NCBI GenBank assembly: GCA_041671485.1
Contig: JBAZBL010000002.1
Coordinates: 9,320 to 73,319, forward strand
Direction: 5' to 3'
DNA: 64,000 bases
DNA from: Minisyncoccota bacterium
GTDB taxonomy: Bacteria; Patescibacteriota; Minisyncoccia; Phycocordibacterales; PALSA-1337
This document shows positions 39,224 through 49,197 of the stretch, piece after piece. The notes under the pieces were generated by a model. That model worked only from the letters and a program-made list of their open reading frames with translations. It searched no databases and had not been told where the DNA came from. The translations under genes were made by a program, and so were the position numbers. Numbering within the stretch: the first letter of the stretch is position 1; the number at the start of each line of letters is the position of its first letter.

Positions 39224-39592
39224 ATGAAAAAGACTTTTCTAACAGTTTTATTGACATCTTCGCCTATACTCGCTTTGGCGCAGACCAACCTTGTTACAGA
39301 TGCAAATTCTCTAACACAAAAGTTGATTGACATTAGCAATGTAGTCATATATCTTCTCATTGCTCTTGCAGTCATATTTATAATTTGGAATATAGTCATG
39401 TTCCTCATAAAGTCAGGCGAGGAAGATGCGAGAACAAAAGCGAGAAGTTCGATATTGTGGGGAATAGTAGGTTTGGCTATCATCTTGTCCATCTGGGGCT
39501 TGGTCAATATACTCATCAATACATTCAGGACAACTCCACCGGTTACTCCAAATCCAAATATAAGCAATACTGGTGTACCATTGATCAGATAA
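39224..39592 (+). CDS. Small secreted 2-TM protein, paralog 5
   Basis: ILWGIVGLAIILSIWGLVNILINTF, nearly identical to the core of paralog 4. Confidence 0.5.
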   Translation: MKKTFLTVLLTSSPILALAQTNLVTDANSLTQKLIDISNVVIYLLIALAVIFIIWNIVMFLIKSGEEDARTKARSSILWGIVGLAIILSIWGLVNILINTFRTTPPVTPNPNISNTGVPLIR

Positions 39593-39601
39593 TATTCAAA
39601 G

Positions 39602-39889
39602 ATGTTTTCGATCATATCATATGCTCATGCAGAAGTGAATGCAGTTACTTTTGGTAAAGTAATAGATCCTATAATTGCAAATGTGGTCAATCCGATAATC
39701 CAGATACTTTTTGCAATTGGTATATTTGTTTTTGCTTTGGGTGTAGTAGAGATGATAGTAAAAGGTGATGATGCTACAGCTAGAGAAAAGGGGAAGTTGC
39801 ATATGCTATATGGGGCGATAGGAATGTTCATAATGGTATCTGCATGGGGTATCATATATCTTATAGCAAATACGATAAAAGGGATTTAG
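39602..39889 (+). CDS. Small secreted 2-TM protein, paralog 6
   Basis: LYGAIGMFIMVSAWGIIYLIANTIKG. Confidence 0.45.
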   Translation: MFSIISYAHAEVNAVTFGKVIDPIIANVVNPIIQILFAIGIFVFALGVVEMIVKGDDATAREKGKLHMLYGAIGMFIMVSAWGIIYLIANTIKGI

Positions 39890-39905
39890 TCTAGAAAAGA
39901 TATTG

Positions 39906-39940
39906 AAAAAGGCCGTGAGAGTATCACGGCCTTTGCGTTT
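39906..39940. terminator. Bidirectional rho-independent terminator
   Basis: aaaaa-ggccgtga-gagta-tcacggcc-tttgcgttt, lying between convergent genes. Confidence 0.5.
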
Positions 39941-39951
39941 GAAATCCATAT

Positions 39952-40344
39952 TTACTGGGTCCAAATCTTTACGACTAAAGGACCGTTCAACAGATTTATC
40001 TTTTCTGCGAGCATCTGAAATCTTTTGATGCCAGCGGTGTTGAAGTGTTTCCCAGGTTCTATGGAATGTCTCTCAGATGGATGGTCGAGGTCAATGACTC
40101 TGATTTCCTCTGCCCATCCCCTAACGATTTCAAAGAACCAATCTTGATTTGTCCCAACATGGAATACCTGAGAAGGATTTGCAGTTAGGGTAATAACTGC
40201 AGAATTTCCATTAACACCAGTTTGTGTATTGGATGAACTTTGATCGCGATTGCTGTAAACACGCCATCCCCAACCAGCTATTGCGACTACGGCCGCAATC
40301 AGTATGATTGTCGTTGCGATTTTCCAACCTTGTTTGGTGTCCAT
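39952..40344 (-). CDS. Membrane-anchored hypothetical protein (possible NfeD-like partner of the SPFH protein)
   Basis: N-terminal TM helix. Located immediately downstream of the SPFH gene on the same strand. Confidence 0.4.
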   Translation of the reverse strand: MDTKQGWKIATTIILIAAVVAIAGWGWRVYSNRDQSSSNTQTGVNGNSAVITLTANPSQVFHVGTNQDWFFEIVRGWAEEIRVIDLDHPSERHSIEPGKHFNTAGIKRFQMLAEKINLLNGPLVVKIWTQ

Positions 40345-41367
40345 TTACTTTCCTCCTTTCTTTTCTCCACCCTTTCCACCAAATTTGATGTCGGGGTTTA
40401 CAAGATTTATGTTTTGGCCACTACCGCCACTCTCGATACGTGCAACCATATTGTCTCTTACGAGACGTTGGACACGGATAGTTTCGAGACATTCAGTAAG
40501 ACCAGGAATAGTCTTTGCTTGAACCAGAGCTCTCATTTGAGCTAGGAATTGATCTTCTGAAAGATTGGTCGGTAAGTATTGTCGTGCCAGTGCCACTTGC
40601 AGTTCTTGGGCTGCAATTCGCATTGTCTGGTACTCCATCCGTTCTGCCTCACGTTGGAATTTCTCTCTCTCGACTTGTCTCATGTCATCATGGATATCTT
40701 TGTCGAGAGTAAAGTTGACTCTGACTTTGATCAGTTCAATTCCAAATGCTTGACGCTGAAACAGATTGTTTTTGATCTTTGCATGCAGTAGATTTGCAAT
40801 CTTATTGCCTTCTCTGCTGATAGCAAGGACATCCATTTTTTGTTCTGGATCCATCACAATCTCCTGTACTTCTTGAAATACTGGATCTGCTAGTTGGGTA
40901 AATACCTGTTCTATGTCATTGCCTGCCTGAACAAAGTCTTCTAGGTCAGCAATATCTGGACAAGCAGTTACCGAGACTTTTCCTGATATCGGAACTTTAT
41001 TCCATGAGATAATAGTCATAGGAAAGTCGCGATCCTTATTGTCCATGGCGATCTTGATGCTTCCTAGTTTGAATGGGAAGTAGTCGGCAAGTATCGTAGT
41101 ACCTCCAACGACCACACATTGCCCGTAGATCTTGATCGGTGCGTCCCAGAGAGTGAGCAAGCCCGCTTCTCGAGGTTTTGATGGCGAATGTTTGGTAAGA
41201 CCAAATCCAAATGCAAATGCACCAATTGCTGTGATTAAAATCCCGACCAACCCTATCACGAATGACAGAATTAATCCGATAATGATGAAGCTACCAACGA
41301 TGATTGCTATCAATATCGTAACTGGATTTCCGAATGGAACTAACTTTGGAGCAACTCTTTCTTCCAT
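40345..41367 (-). CDS. SPFH/Band-7 (stomatin/prohibitin/flotillin-like) domain membrane protein
   Basis: N-terminal TM segments followed by an SPFH-like domain and a coiled-coil tail. Confidence 0.65.
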   Translation of the reverse strand: MEERVAPKLVPFGNPVTILIAIIVGSFIIIGLILSFVIGLVGILITAIGAFAFGFGLTKHSPSKPREAGLLTLWDAPIKIYGQCVVVGGTTILADYFPFKLGSIKIAMDNKDRDFPMTIISWNKVPISGKVSVTACPDIADLEDFVQAGNDIEQVFTQLADPVFQEVQEIVMDPEQKMDVLAISREGNKIANLLHAKIKNNLFQRQAFGIELIKVRVNFTLDKDIHDDMRQVEREKFQREAERMEYQTMRIAAQELQVALARQYLPTNLSEDQFLAQMRALVQAKTIPGLTECLETIRVQRLVRDNMVARIESGGSGQNINLVNPDIKFGGKGGEKKGGK

Positions 41368-41506
41368 ATTTCCTTTCTAACCTCCCACAGTAGGGAAGTA
41401 TTGTTTCTTTTGTTGTTGTCAACGCAATACTCACAAGAGTACTACTAACTAAATTCCTATAAATGGTAGCATTTAAAGGATACTTTGTCAAGATTAGGAA
41501 GTCATA

Positions 41507-41531
41507 CGGATGTTTTCATACGGAGGTCTGA
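41507..41531. repeat. Palindrome family B copy (cataCGGAGGTCtGACCTCCGtatg)
   Basis: Perfect 12-nt arms. Related copies at 30923-30943, 50293-50311, and 50978-50996. Confidence 0.6.
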
Positions 41532-41544
41532 CCTCCGTATGTCC

Positions 41545-41588
41545 GTAGGTGTATAAAAAAGAGCGCGACCACATGTATTGCTACACAT
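41545..41588 (-). terminator. Rho-independent terminator for the 41618-43765 gene
   Basis: On the minus strand, gagcgcgaacatgtgtagcaatacatgtggtcgcgctc is followed by TTTTTT. Confidence 0.55.
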
Positions 41589-41617
41589 GTTCGCGCTCCG
41601 TGAATCTGGAAACAGTT

Positions 41618-43765
41618 CTACCTCATTCGGTAGAATGTGAACTCGAGGCTTGTTTCCTGAATGCCTACGAGTCGCAGTTTCCACTCATGTTGCTGGAGTG
41701 GATCTGCCGCAACTTTGACCTGACCGGAATGTTTGGTGGACAGCTTTCCGTCTATTACACATTCGATCTGATCACTGTTTGCTGGAGTGTAACAGGACAT
41801 GTTCCAGCCATCTGGAATAATGACCTGAAGCAACTCTCCAGCCTTGATCCATCTTGAATCGGTGAAGCTCTTGCAACAGTTATTAGCTGGCACACAGAGC
41901 CGTCCGTCGAGGATTTGTGTCGGAGGTAGTTCCCACCAATTGGGAACCTTAACCTCGACAGGCTTCTCCTGTGGCACTGATGCCGTCCGAGGAGAAGTCG
42001 CCGTGACGTCTGTTGGCTTTGCCGTCGTTGGACAGCAACCGCCTATAACGACATTGCTTTTGCCAACAGCATTGCCGTTGCCGATCACAATGTTGATGAC
42101 ATTATTGTCACCAACACCGTCACGAGTTACCCTTTGTAAGAGGGCGTTCGTCAGGTCGGACACGTTGGTCACGACTGGTGGCACAATTACCGACCGCTGA
42201 CCCAGTCCATCCACCGACTTTTGTAGTCCTTGGATGGCTGACAGGAACGGAGTCGTGTCAGTAACCGGCGGAGTTGTCGCTGTTGGCACTGTGGACTTTT
42301 TGAAGAGCACGGCCTGCCACACAAACCACACCGCTCCGATGATCATGAGGACGACCAGGAGTGGCAACCACTGCAAGTCGCGATCATACCAGGACCCCTT
42401 CTTTGCAGGAGGAGTTGGTGGCACCACGGGCGGAGGTGTCGGAGTGACCAACTTGCCACGAAGTTCATCAAGTTCCTTTCGGAGTTTGGTTACTTCATCA
42501 CTTGTTGTCACCACTGGTGCTGGCGGAGTCTGTGCCACTTTCGTGGCAGTTCCTACAGCCAACTCACGAATGAGATCGATCTGGCTCTGAAGCGCAGAGA
42601 TCTCATCTTTCGCAACTTTCAGTTCCTGTTGTGCCAGAGCCGAATGGTCATCGAATGATCCGGCCGGGAGTTTCTCCTCGGCGGGTTTCGATGGCTCTGC
42701 TGTTGCTGACCCAACCTTTTCCTCGGCAGGCTTCGGAGCCAGCGTCGGAGGAGGCGGGACCACTTTCGGTTCCTCGACCACGGGGGTCGGAGGTGGAGCC
42801 GGAGGAACGGCATGACCGACAGGTGGTGTTGTCACTGGTGCTGGTGTGTCAATGACCGCGGGGGTCGGAGCTGGTTTTTCCTTCGCCATTTCGGTGGCGA
42901 GGTTGGCGCAGGCGACACTGTGGTGTTGCTCCAGCTCGTCGATGATCTTTGTAAGCTCGTCCCATCCTCCTTGGAACTTGCTATACAGAGATTTGAGTTG
43001 GATGACTTGTCTCCTCATTTGGTTCAATGCGAGTCCCATGTTTCTCAACATGGAAGTGTCTGGAGTGATTTGTTTGGCCTCGACTCCCACAAGGTCGTTC
43101 TTGATCCTCTCCAATCGCCGGACCATCGTCACATACCCAGGCGGGACCCTCTCCTTCTTTTCTGACCCATCCGCTTTTGGCGTTGGGGGCAGAGTCGGAG
43201 GAGGAGTGATCACTTTTGGTTCCTCGGCCATGGTGGCCGTGGGAACTGGAGGAGTCACCACAGCAGGCGGTGTTGCCACTGCCGGTGTCTCGGTCGCAGG
43301 GGTCGGAGGAAGTGGAAGCTTAATCGCAAGTGCAGATAACTTTCCGTTTTCTTTGCACGAGAGCTTTTCCTTCCACGGTTCACTTCGATCGAGGTTAGGT
43401 GCCATGAGAGCACATACCTGAAGACCATAGAAGATCGTATCGTTTGGATGTCCGGGAGCCCAACTGAGACCCTCGTTGATATCCATGATGAGCCGATCAT
43501 TTGAAAGTATCGGTTCAAGCGTTCTCACGTTTGTTACGATACTTTCTTTGTCATAGTCAATCACGACGATGACAAATGAAGACTCACCAGTCTTCGGCAT
43601 GATCGTGAGCGTATTACCACTCAGTTCACATGTCGGGGCAAGAGCCCGTTTTGTTTTCTTAGCCATTTTCTGTTTTCTCCGTTTGTTGCGACCCCTTTTA
43701 TAGGGCCTTTGTTTTGCGAGAATCCATTGAAGGATCCTTGCGGTTTTTGTCTTTTTGATTGTCAA
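41618..43765 (-). CDS. Large Pro/Thr-rich repeat membrane protein with coiled-coil segments and a Cys-rich C-terminal domain
   Basis: 715-aa ORF (the start may be an internal Met at 43666). One TM helix (LPLLVVLMIIGAVWFVWQAVLF). Two copies of a ~150-aa repeat (EEPKV.TPPPTL...). About 55% GC in a ~35% GC genome. Confidence 0.5.
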   Translation of the reverse strand: MTIKKTKTARILQWILAKQRPYKRGRNKRRKQKMAKKTKRALAPTCELSGNTLTIMPKTGESSFVIVVIDYDKESIVTNVRTLEPILSNDRLIMDINEGLSWAPGHPNDTIFYGLQVCALMAPNLDRSEPWKEKLSCKENGKLSALAIKLPLPPTPATETPAVATPPAVVTPPVPTATMAEEPKVITPPPTLPPTPKADGSEKKERVPPGYVTMVRRLERIKNDLVGVEAKQITPDTSMLRNMGLALNQMRRQVIQLKSLYSKFQGGWDELTKIIDELEQHHSVACANLATEMAKEKPAPTPAVIDTPAPVTTPPVGHAVPPAPPPTPVVEEPKVVPPPPTLAPKPAEEKVGSATAEPSKPAEEKLPAGSFDDHSALAQQELKVAKDEISALQSQIDLIRELAVGTATKVAQTPPAPVVTTSDEVTKLRKELDELRGKLVTPTPPPVVPPTPPAKKGSWYDRDLQWLPLLVVLMIIGAVWFVWQAVLFKKSTVPTATTPPVTDTTPFLSAIQGLQKSVDGLGQRSVIVPPVVTNVSDLTNALLQRVTRDGVGDNNVINIVIGNGNAVGKSNVVIGGCCPTTAKPTDVTATSPRTASVPQEKPVEVKVPNWWELPPTQILDGRLCVPANNCCKSFTDSRWIKAGELLQVIIPDGWNMSCYTPANSDQIECVIDGKLSTKHSGQVKVAADPLQQHEWKLRLVGIQETSLEFTFYRMR

Positions 43766-43915
43766 AATTCACTACCTATACATTATACTCTGTTTTACGA
43801 AAATGTCAAGTATTTTATTGGTTTCTACGCAGGTCTACCCTGCGTAAATCCCAAAAATGATATCCACACAATATTTCAATTAGTTTTCTCTAATAGTGTT
43901 ATAATTACTGCATAA

Positions 43916-44188
43916 ATGGAAAAAAATGTAAAAATGGTATTACTTGTATTGATAATTATCCTTTCATGTGTATTTATCTTCTTCTATTCCTTTCAATCAA
44001 AATCTTCGCTACCATCTCAATCACCTCAACCCAATAAAGAAAAGACAGAAGAGCAGATTATGCAGGTTTTTACCGACTCTATTGCTCCAACGACTGCAAC
44101 AACCTCATTAGACATACAGGAGTCAAAGGAGCTTATAGATTCTATTGCACCACGAGATAATAAAATAATTAAAACTATTAATAATTAA
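43916..44188 (+). CDS. Small secreted protein (90 aa)
   Basis: N-terminal hydrophobic helix. ORF only. Confidence 0.3.
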   Translation: MEKNVKMVLLVLIIILSCVFIFFYSFQSKSSLPSQSPQPNKEKTEEQIMQVFTDSIAPTTATTSLDIQESKELIDSIAPRDNKIIKTINN

Positions 44189-44199
44189 TTAAAATATTT

Positions 44200-45108
44200 A
44201 TGAAACAACAAAAAATCCTTAATATAACAGGAATTATTGTACTGGGTCTTGTTATTAGTTTTGGCGCCAACTATGCTTTTGCTGTGTGGACAAATCCTCC
44301 CGGAAATCCTCCAACATGTCCGGATACGATAGAGGGTTGCAATACACCACTCAATGTATCAGGTACAACTCAGAATAAAGTTGGAGGACTTACTTTGGGT
44401 GGAGGAATTATTGTCGGAACACAAAATCCTGTAAATGGCCTTATCGTCCAGACGGGAAAGGTTGGTATTGGGACAATTACACCTAGCAACAAATTGACTA
44501 TAAATGGTGGTGGATTAACCGGCAGCGGAATTAATAATGTTTTGCGTCTTTCTGGCGGGGCTATGTCAACCGTGAATGATGCTACGAGTTTGCTCTTTAT
44601 TCAGTGGGATGTCCACAATGCCTACGGGGCGGCCATCCGTTTGGTAAACACGCAATCAACTCCGCAGGTTCTTAATCCGCGCCTGGATTTTGCTGTTCAA
44701 AACACGGGTACGAGCGCGCAAGCAGATATTGGAGTAAAGATGAGTATATTGGGGAATGGCAATATTGGTGTTGGTACAATCAATCCAACACAGAAACTAG
44801 AAGTAGTAGGAACAGTAAAGACTACAGGTCTTCAAGTTACAGGTGGAACTCCTGGCGCTGGCAAAGTTTTGACTTCTGATGCGAATGGAGTAGGAACATG
44901 GCAGATATCTACTGGTGGAAGTGGTGGTAGTAGTCCTAAAATAATCTCAGGTGTTGCGAATATTCCTATAAGTATTTGTCTGGCATCGGGTGGTGTATGT
45001 ACACATGATGTTACTTTTCCTTCAGGATCGTTTTCCTTGACACCAAATGTGGTTATTACACCCAAATGGGTTGCCTTTCATGCGAATTCAGAAGAAGCTT
45101 CTATGTAG
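44200..45108 (+). CDS. Secreted protein with tail-fibre-like VGIGT..P..KL.V repeats
   Basis: Signal peptide. Repeats KVGIGTITPSNKLTINGG and NIGVGTINPTQKLEVVG resemble the repeat found in phage tail-fibre / fibre-like proteins. Confidence 0.45.
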   Translation: MKQQKILNITGIIVLGLVISFGANYAFAVWTNPPGNPPTCPDTIEGCNTPLNVSGTTQNKVGGLTLGGGIIVGTQNPVNGLIVQTGKVGIGTITPSNKLTINGGGLTGSGINNVLRLSGGAMSTVNDATSLLFIQWDVHNAYGAAIRLVNTQSTPQVLNPRLDFAVQNTGTSAQADIGVKMSILGNGNIGVGTINPTQKLEVVGTVKTTGLQVTGGTPGAGKVLTSDANGVGTWQISTGGSGGSSPKIISGVANIPISICLASGGVCTHDVTFPSGSFSLTPNVVITPKWVAFHANSEEASM

Positions 45109-45265
45109 TGGATTACTAACATTACAAAAAATGGTTTTAAGATTAATTGGCGTACACCATCTTTCGATAGAGATACACAAGGAGAGAATGGAGTAATGTG
45201 GATAGCAACATCTCCATAAATATTATTAAGTTTTATAAGGACAATTCTTATGGAAGGATAAAATA

Positions 45266-46486
45266 ATGAAAATTTCTTTTCAAAAAATTATTTTTACACT
45301 AGTTTTTCTTTTATTACCATTTATTGTTTCTGCAGGAACTGAACATAATATATTTGGTTATGCTTGGTCATCGAATGTCGGTTGGATCAGTTTCAATGGT
45401 GTAAACAAAGACGCAAGTGGCAATCTAATAGGTTATGCGTGGTCTTCTAATGTTGGTTGGATACAGTTCGGTGGACTCTCGGGTTTTCCTTCTGGAACTG
45501 GAACACAAGCTCAAAATGCAAAAATAAGTGGCAACAATCTAAAAGGTTGGGCCAAGGCTCTTTCTGCTGATGGCAATGGTTGGGATGGTTGGATTTCACT
45601 TTCTGGTGCTGGATATGGCGTGACTCTCTCGGGGACGAGTCTTACAGGATATGGTTGGGGTTCGACTGTTATTGGATGGGTTGATTTTAATCTTGTTACT
45701 ATTGTGCCATCTATTCCAACAGAAATAACAGGGGCGTGTTCATTGAATAACATTCCATACAGTGATTTAAATCCAGTAACCATCTTTTCATTAGGAGATA
45801 TAGTAACATTCAAATTGTCTAATATTGGTGGCGGTACGAATCCAACAGGTTATACATATGAACTTACTGTGGGTAGTGGATGGACCCCTATATCTCTGAA
45901 TGCAAATAGTTCATATATACATACATTTATCATAACAACAGGTGTCGGATTTCCTACAGTTATCAAGGTTACCAATGCTGGTATTACAAAAGATATACAA
46001 TGTGGCAAGATCACAGTTTTAGATCCGACTCCGCCAGCAACGGTTCCTCCGGGTCCATTGCTTTGGTTTAAAGATAGAGGTCAGCCAAATAGTAATGTTA
46101 AAGCAGTATGGGATCAACAAGCAAAGACAGTGAGGGAAGGAACAGATGTGGAAGTTGTATATGATAGAGATAGTCTTTTGTGTTATGGATATTCCATTCC
46201 CTCAGTCATTCCTGGAGATTCAAATTGGGGAAATCAAGGATTTATTACCCAAAATTCAAATTATTATATCAATCCTGATCATCAAATATACAAATTTACC
46301 AATTTAGTAAAAGGTAAGTATGTTTTAATCTTGACATGTGATGACTCATTAGCAATAAAAATCCAATATTCATGGCTTGCTAATATTATTAACTCGTTCT
46401 CTCAAATCTTCGCTCAAAGTCCTTCCACTATCGATAGCAATAGAATAACAATCAATGTAGTAAAGCCAACCATAGAAGAGATATAG
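45266..46486 (+). CDS. Secreted protein with GYAWSSNVGWI(S/Q)F repeats
   Basis: Signal peptide and tandem W-rich repeats. No family assigned. Confidence 0.45.
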   Translation: MKISFQKIIFTLVFLLLPFIVSAGTEHNIFGYAWSSNVGWISFNGVNKDASGNLIGYAWSSNVGWIQFGGLSGFPSGTGTQAQNAKISGNNLKGWAKALSADGNGWDGWISLSGAGYGVTLSGTSLTGYGWGSTVIGWVDFNLVTIVPSIPTEITGACSLNNIPYSDLNPVTIFSLGDIVTFKLSNIGGGTNPTGYTYELTVGSGWTPISLNANSSYIHTFIITTGVGFPTVIKVTNAGITKDIQCGKITVLDPTPPATVPPGPLLWFKDRGQPNSNVKAVWDQQAKTVREGTDVEVVYDRDSLLCYGYSIPSVIPGDSNWGNQGFITQNSNYYINPDHQIYKFTNLVKGKYVLILTCDDSLAIKIQYSWLANIINSFSQIFAQSPSTIDSNRITINVVKPTIEEI

Positions 46487-46500
46487 AGTTATTTATGTAT

Positions 46501-46540
46501 AAAAAAAGTGAGGCCGAGCGATTGCATCGCCGGCCTCTTG
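46501..46540 (-). terminator. Rho-independent terminator for the 46561-47550 gene (hairpin shared with the convergent + gene)
   Basis: gaggccg-agcgattgcatcgc-cggcctc hairpin with a T-run on the minus strand. Confidence 0.5.
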
Positions 46541-46560
46541 TTGTCTCGAAATGATACGTC

Positions 46561-47550
46561 TCAATACGGCGACACATTGGTCGTCACCGTACGGAAAAAC
46601 ATTTGATTTGTTTTCCCAATAACGAAGGACCGTGAAGCCCCACTGGGGAAGTAATGTGACAATGGCGAAACAATGTTCACCTCTCCAACATTCGTCCAGC
46701 TCTTGAGATTCTGTGACTTTTGTAGGAAGTACGCTCTACCAGAGTCTCCACCTCTCACTGTTACGGTAACGGAACTCCCAGAGGAAGCAATGCCAGTTCT
46801 CATAGGAGTTTCGGGAAGCAGTTTCCCGTCTCCATTGAAGCTTTGGAAGCCAGCACTAGAGAAGATAGACACCTTGAGCTGGTACGTACCAGTCGCAATT
46901 GACGAATCTGTGATTACATCAACAGGGAGGTAGATGAAACCGTCAGAATGGAGTATGTCCGTGGAAGGATCCAGTCTCCGATCATCCACCTCAAATGGAA
47001 ATGGATCTCCCCAGTATCCGATCTCCATCCTTACCCAAGAAGTTCCTGGGATGTACATGGGCAGATCGCTGGCCATGGTTGTCTTGAACCATGACAAGTC
47101 CGGGACAGAGTACACACCACCTACCTTGTTTGGGGTGATGTAGATGTAGGGGGTTGCGAATGAGGCTTGGGCAAGTTGCCAATTTGCTGCCATACGACAT
47201 TGTACATACACTTTAATCCCCATATCCTTGTTTATGATCGGATTTGCATTGGCCAATAAATTGCTAAGGATGTTAGACAACTGAGTGGCAATGATTTGAT
47301 CCATTTGCACCTTGTTTGTCATGGGCGTAGAAGGATACATCCCACTTGTCATGTATCCTTTCCAACTACCATTGGTATTGAAATAGTACGTCCAGATTCC
47401 AATTACATACACATTTGACACCGCGTACTGTTCCACTTTCGCCATATTCCCAAAGGGGAGCGAAGGAACTTCACCCACTGCATGTTGTGCAATGAGTGTA
47501 TTCGTGGCAATCAGGAAGACCGCCACGATCAAACTGCTGATCTTTTTCAT
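46561..47550 (-). CDS. Secreted hypothetical protein (higher GC)
   Basis: Signal peptide MKKISSLIVAVFLIATNTLIA. ORF only. Confidence 0.4.
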   Translation of the reverse strand: MKKISSLIVAVFLIATNTLIAQHAVGEVPSLPFGNMAKVEQYAVSNVYVIGIWTYYFNTNGSWKGYMTSGMYPSTPMTNKVQMDQIIATQLSNILSNLLANANPIINKDMGIKVYVQCRMAANWQLAQASFATPYIYITPNKVGGVYSVPDLSWFKTTMASDLPMYIPGTSWVRMEIGYWGDPFPFEVDDRRLDPSTDILHSDGFIYLPVDVITDSSIATGTYQLKVSIFSSAGFQSFNGDGKLLPETPMRTGIASSGSSVTVTVRGGDSGRAYFLQKSQNLKSWTNVGEVNIVSPLSHYFPSGASRSFVIGKTNQMFFRTVTTNVSPY

Positions 47551-47770
47551 GACGATTCTTTCTGATCTACCAATACTCCAACACACGTCAGGGTAATAGC
47601 AGACCTTTTGTTGCGCCTAGGTTTTACCCTTGGCTTTGTTTATCTGTGAAATTATTAGAATGCTGTACTTCGTTATCATTTCGATGTCAACGAACGAGCA
47701 GTCTAGAGTATATATAGCATGTTTTGGAGGGGAAGTAAAGGGGGTAAGAAGTACATTCAATCTTTTATTT

Positions 47771-48436
47771 TTATGATATAAACAATGACGCATCAGCAGA
47801 TGCAAGTTTTGAAGCGCTAGTTTCAGGATGATTATGTAAATATGCTGCAACAAGATCATATCCTAATGTATACCCTGTCCAACGCGGAATGATATCTGGC
47901 TTTGAACCGAAGAACCAGAGATCGTTATCATATGTTGGCTTTTTCCATTCCTCCGAAGCCTTTTTAAAAAATATTTTCTTCTGTTCAGGAGTTAATGCAC
48001 AAGAATATAATGAAGGTTTACTTCTTCCAGTCACTTCTTGAGCAAAATGATCGGCGAGGCCTTCGAAAACCATAGCTTCAAGTAATGTGTCACCTTCAAC
48101 TTGTTTTTGCCAACGAATAGTGTGATGTAATTCATGTGCAAGTGTAAAAAATAGCTCATGTTTAAGGGAATCCTTAAACTTTGGATGGCGCGGATCAAGC
48201 GAGATAAAGATGGTGTGGGCATTTGGTGCAAACCCTCCAATACCGCCAATCTCATCTTCTTTAAATGTCGCTACTGGGTTATCGTAAAAAACTATATCCA
48301 CATCTTTTATCGGCAAGAATTTCTTAACTGAAGCGATAGTGTCTTCAGCAATAGATTTTATCTCCTTAGAATATGGTCTGATATCCTTTGAAGCGGACAG
48401 AATGTGGATGTTTACGGACATGTTAGCATTATACAA
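47771..48436 (-). CDS. Predicted Zn-dependent protease (DUF2268-like, HEXXH)
   Basis: LAHELHHTIRW zincin motif. Confidence 0.5.
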   Translation of the reverse strand: MYNANMSVNIHILSASKDIRPYSKEIKSIAEDTIASVKKFLPIKDVDIVFYDNPVATFKEDEIGGIGGFAPNAHTIFISLDPRHPKFKDSLKHELFFTLAHELHHTIRWQKQVEGDTLLEAMVFEGLADHFAQEVTGRSKPSLYSCALTPEQKKIFFKKASEEWKKPTYDNDLWFFGSKPDIIPRWTGYTLGYDLVAAYLHNHPETSASKLASADASLFIS

Positions 48437-48657
48437 TATTATTTAGAAATAAAAAAATTCGCGATAGTCATCTGGTGATAACGAAAGAGGATTACTGTAA
48501 ATATATTGATGACTTTTATTCAGTTCACGAAAAAGAGATGAAGAAAATCTTAAATGAAACTATTAAATGTTTTGATGATGTAAAAGATATCTTGTTTTCT
48601 GAGTTGTTTAAATATTTCAGTCATGATTATAGTAAGGAAGATTACAAATGCTATTTA

Positions 48658-49173
48658 TCAATTTTTGGCTTGTAAACTTTTCTCGACAATTTTCTTATAT
48701 TCTGCAAAACTCTCCATACTGTATTCTGCGCGTCTTTTTTCTAGATCTTCCGGTTGCTCAATATCGATATATTTTATGATACCATCTTTGTCAATATTAT
48801 ATTGAGTACCATATAGTTGAGGTAACTTTTGAATGACCCTAGCTTTATCTATCATGTAAGCAATATCTCTTTTTTGTATTGAAATAGGATCTGCATCCTG
48901 CAAATTCTTAATTGATTTGTTTAGAAGATCAACATCTCCAGAATGTAACACTACTAGTACAGCCCCCTTATAAGCTTTTTGTGAGGTTAGATTTATTGTT
49001 GGAAATCCGATTTCAGTAATAATATTTTTAACGATGCTGACATTCTTTTTATTTATTTCCATGAAATCAGATTCTGTAATTTTTCTAGTCTTAAAATCCT
49101 TTATTGCTTGTTGGTCTGTTTCCAGAATTGTTTCCAGCGTAATGGTATCCTTTTTGATTAAAGTTGAATCCAT
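48658..49173 (-). CDS. Hypothetical protein (171 aa)
   Basis: ORF only. Confidence 0.35.
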   Translation of the reverse strand: MDSTLIKKDTITLETILETDQQAIKDFKTRKITESDFMEINKKNVSIVKNIITEIGFPTINLTSQKAYKGAVLVVLHSGDVDLLNKSIKNLQDADPISIQKRDIAYMIDKARVIQKLPQLYGTQYNIDKDGIIKYIDIEQPEDLEKRRAEYSMESFAEYKKIVEKSLQAKN

Positions 49174-49197
49174 AGCAATACTATACTATATTATCAT

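Noticed and set aside
42234-43421. Plus-strand ORFs inside the PT-rich gene
   Set aside because: They are antisense to the long minus-strand ORF, and their GC-rich low-complexity products look non-genuine.
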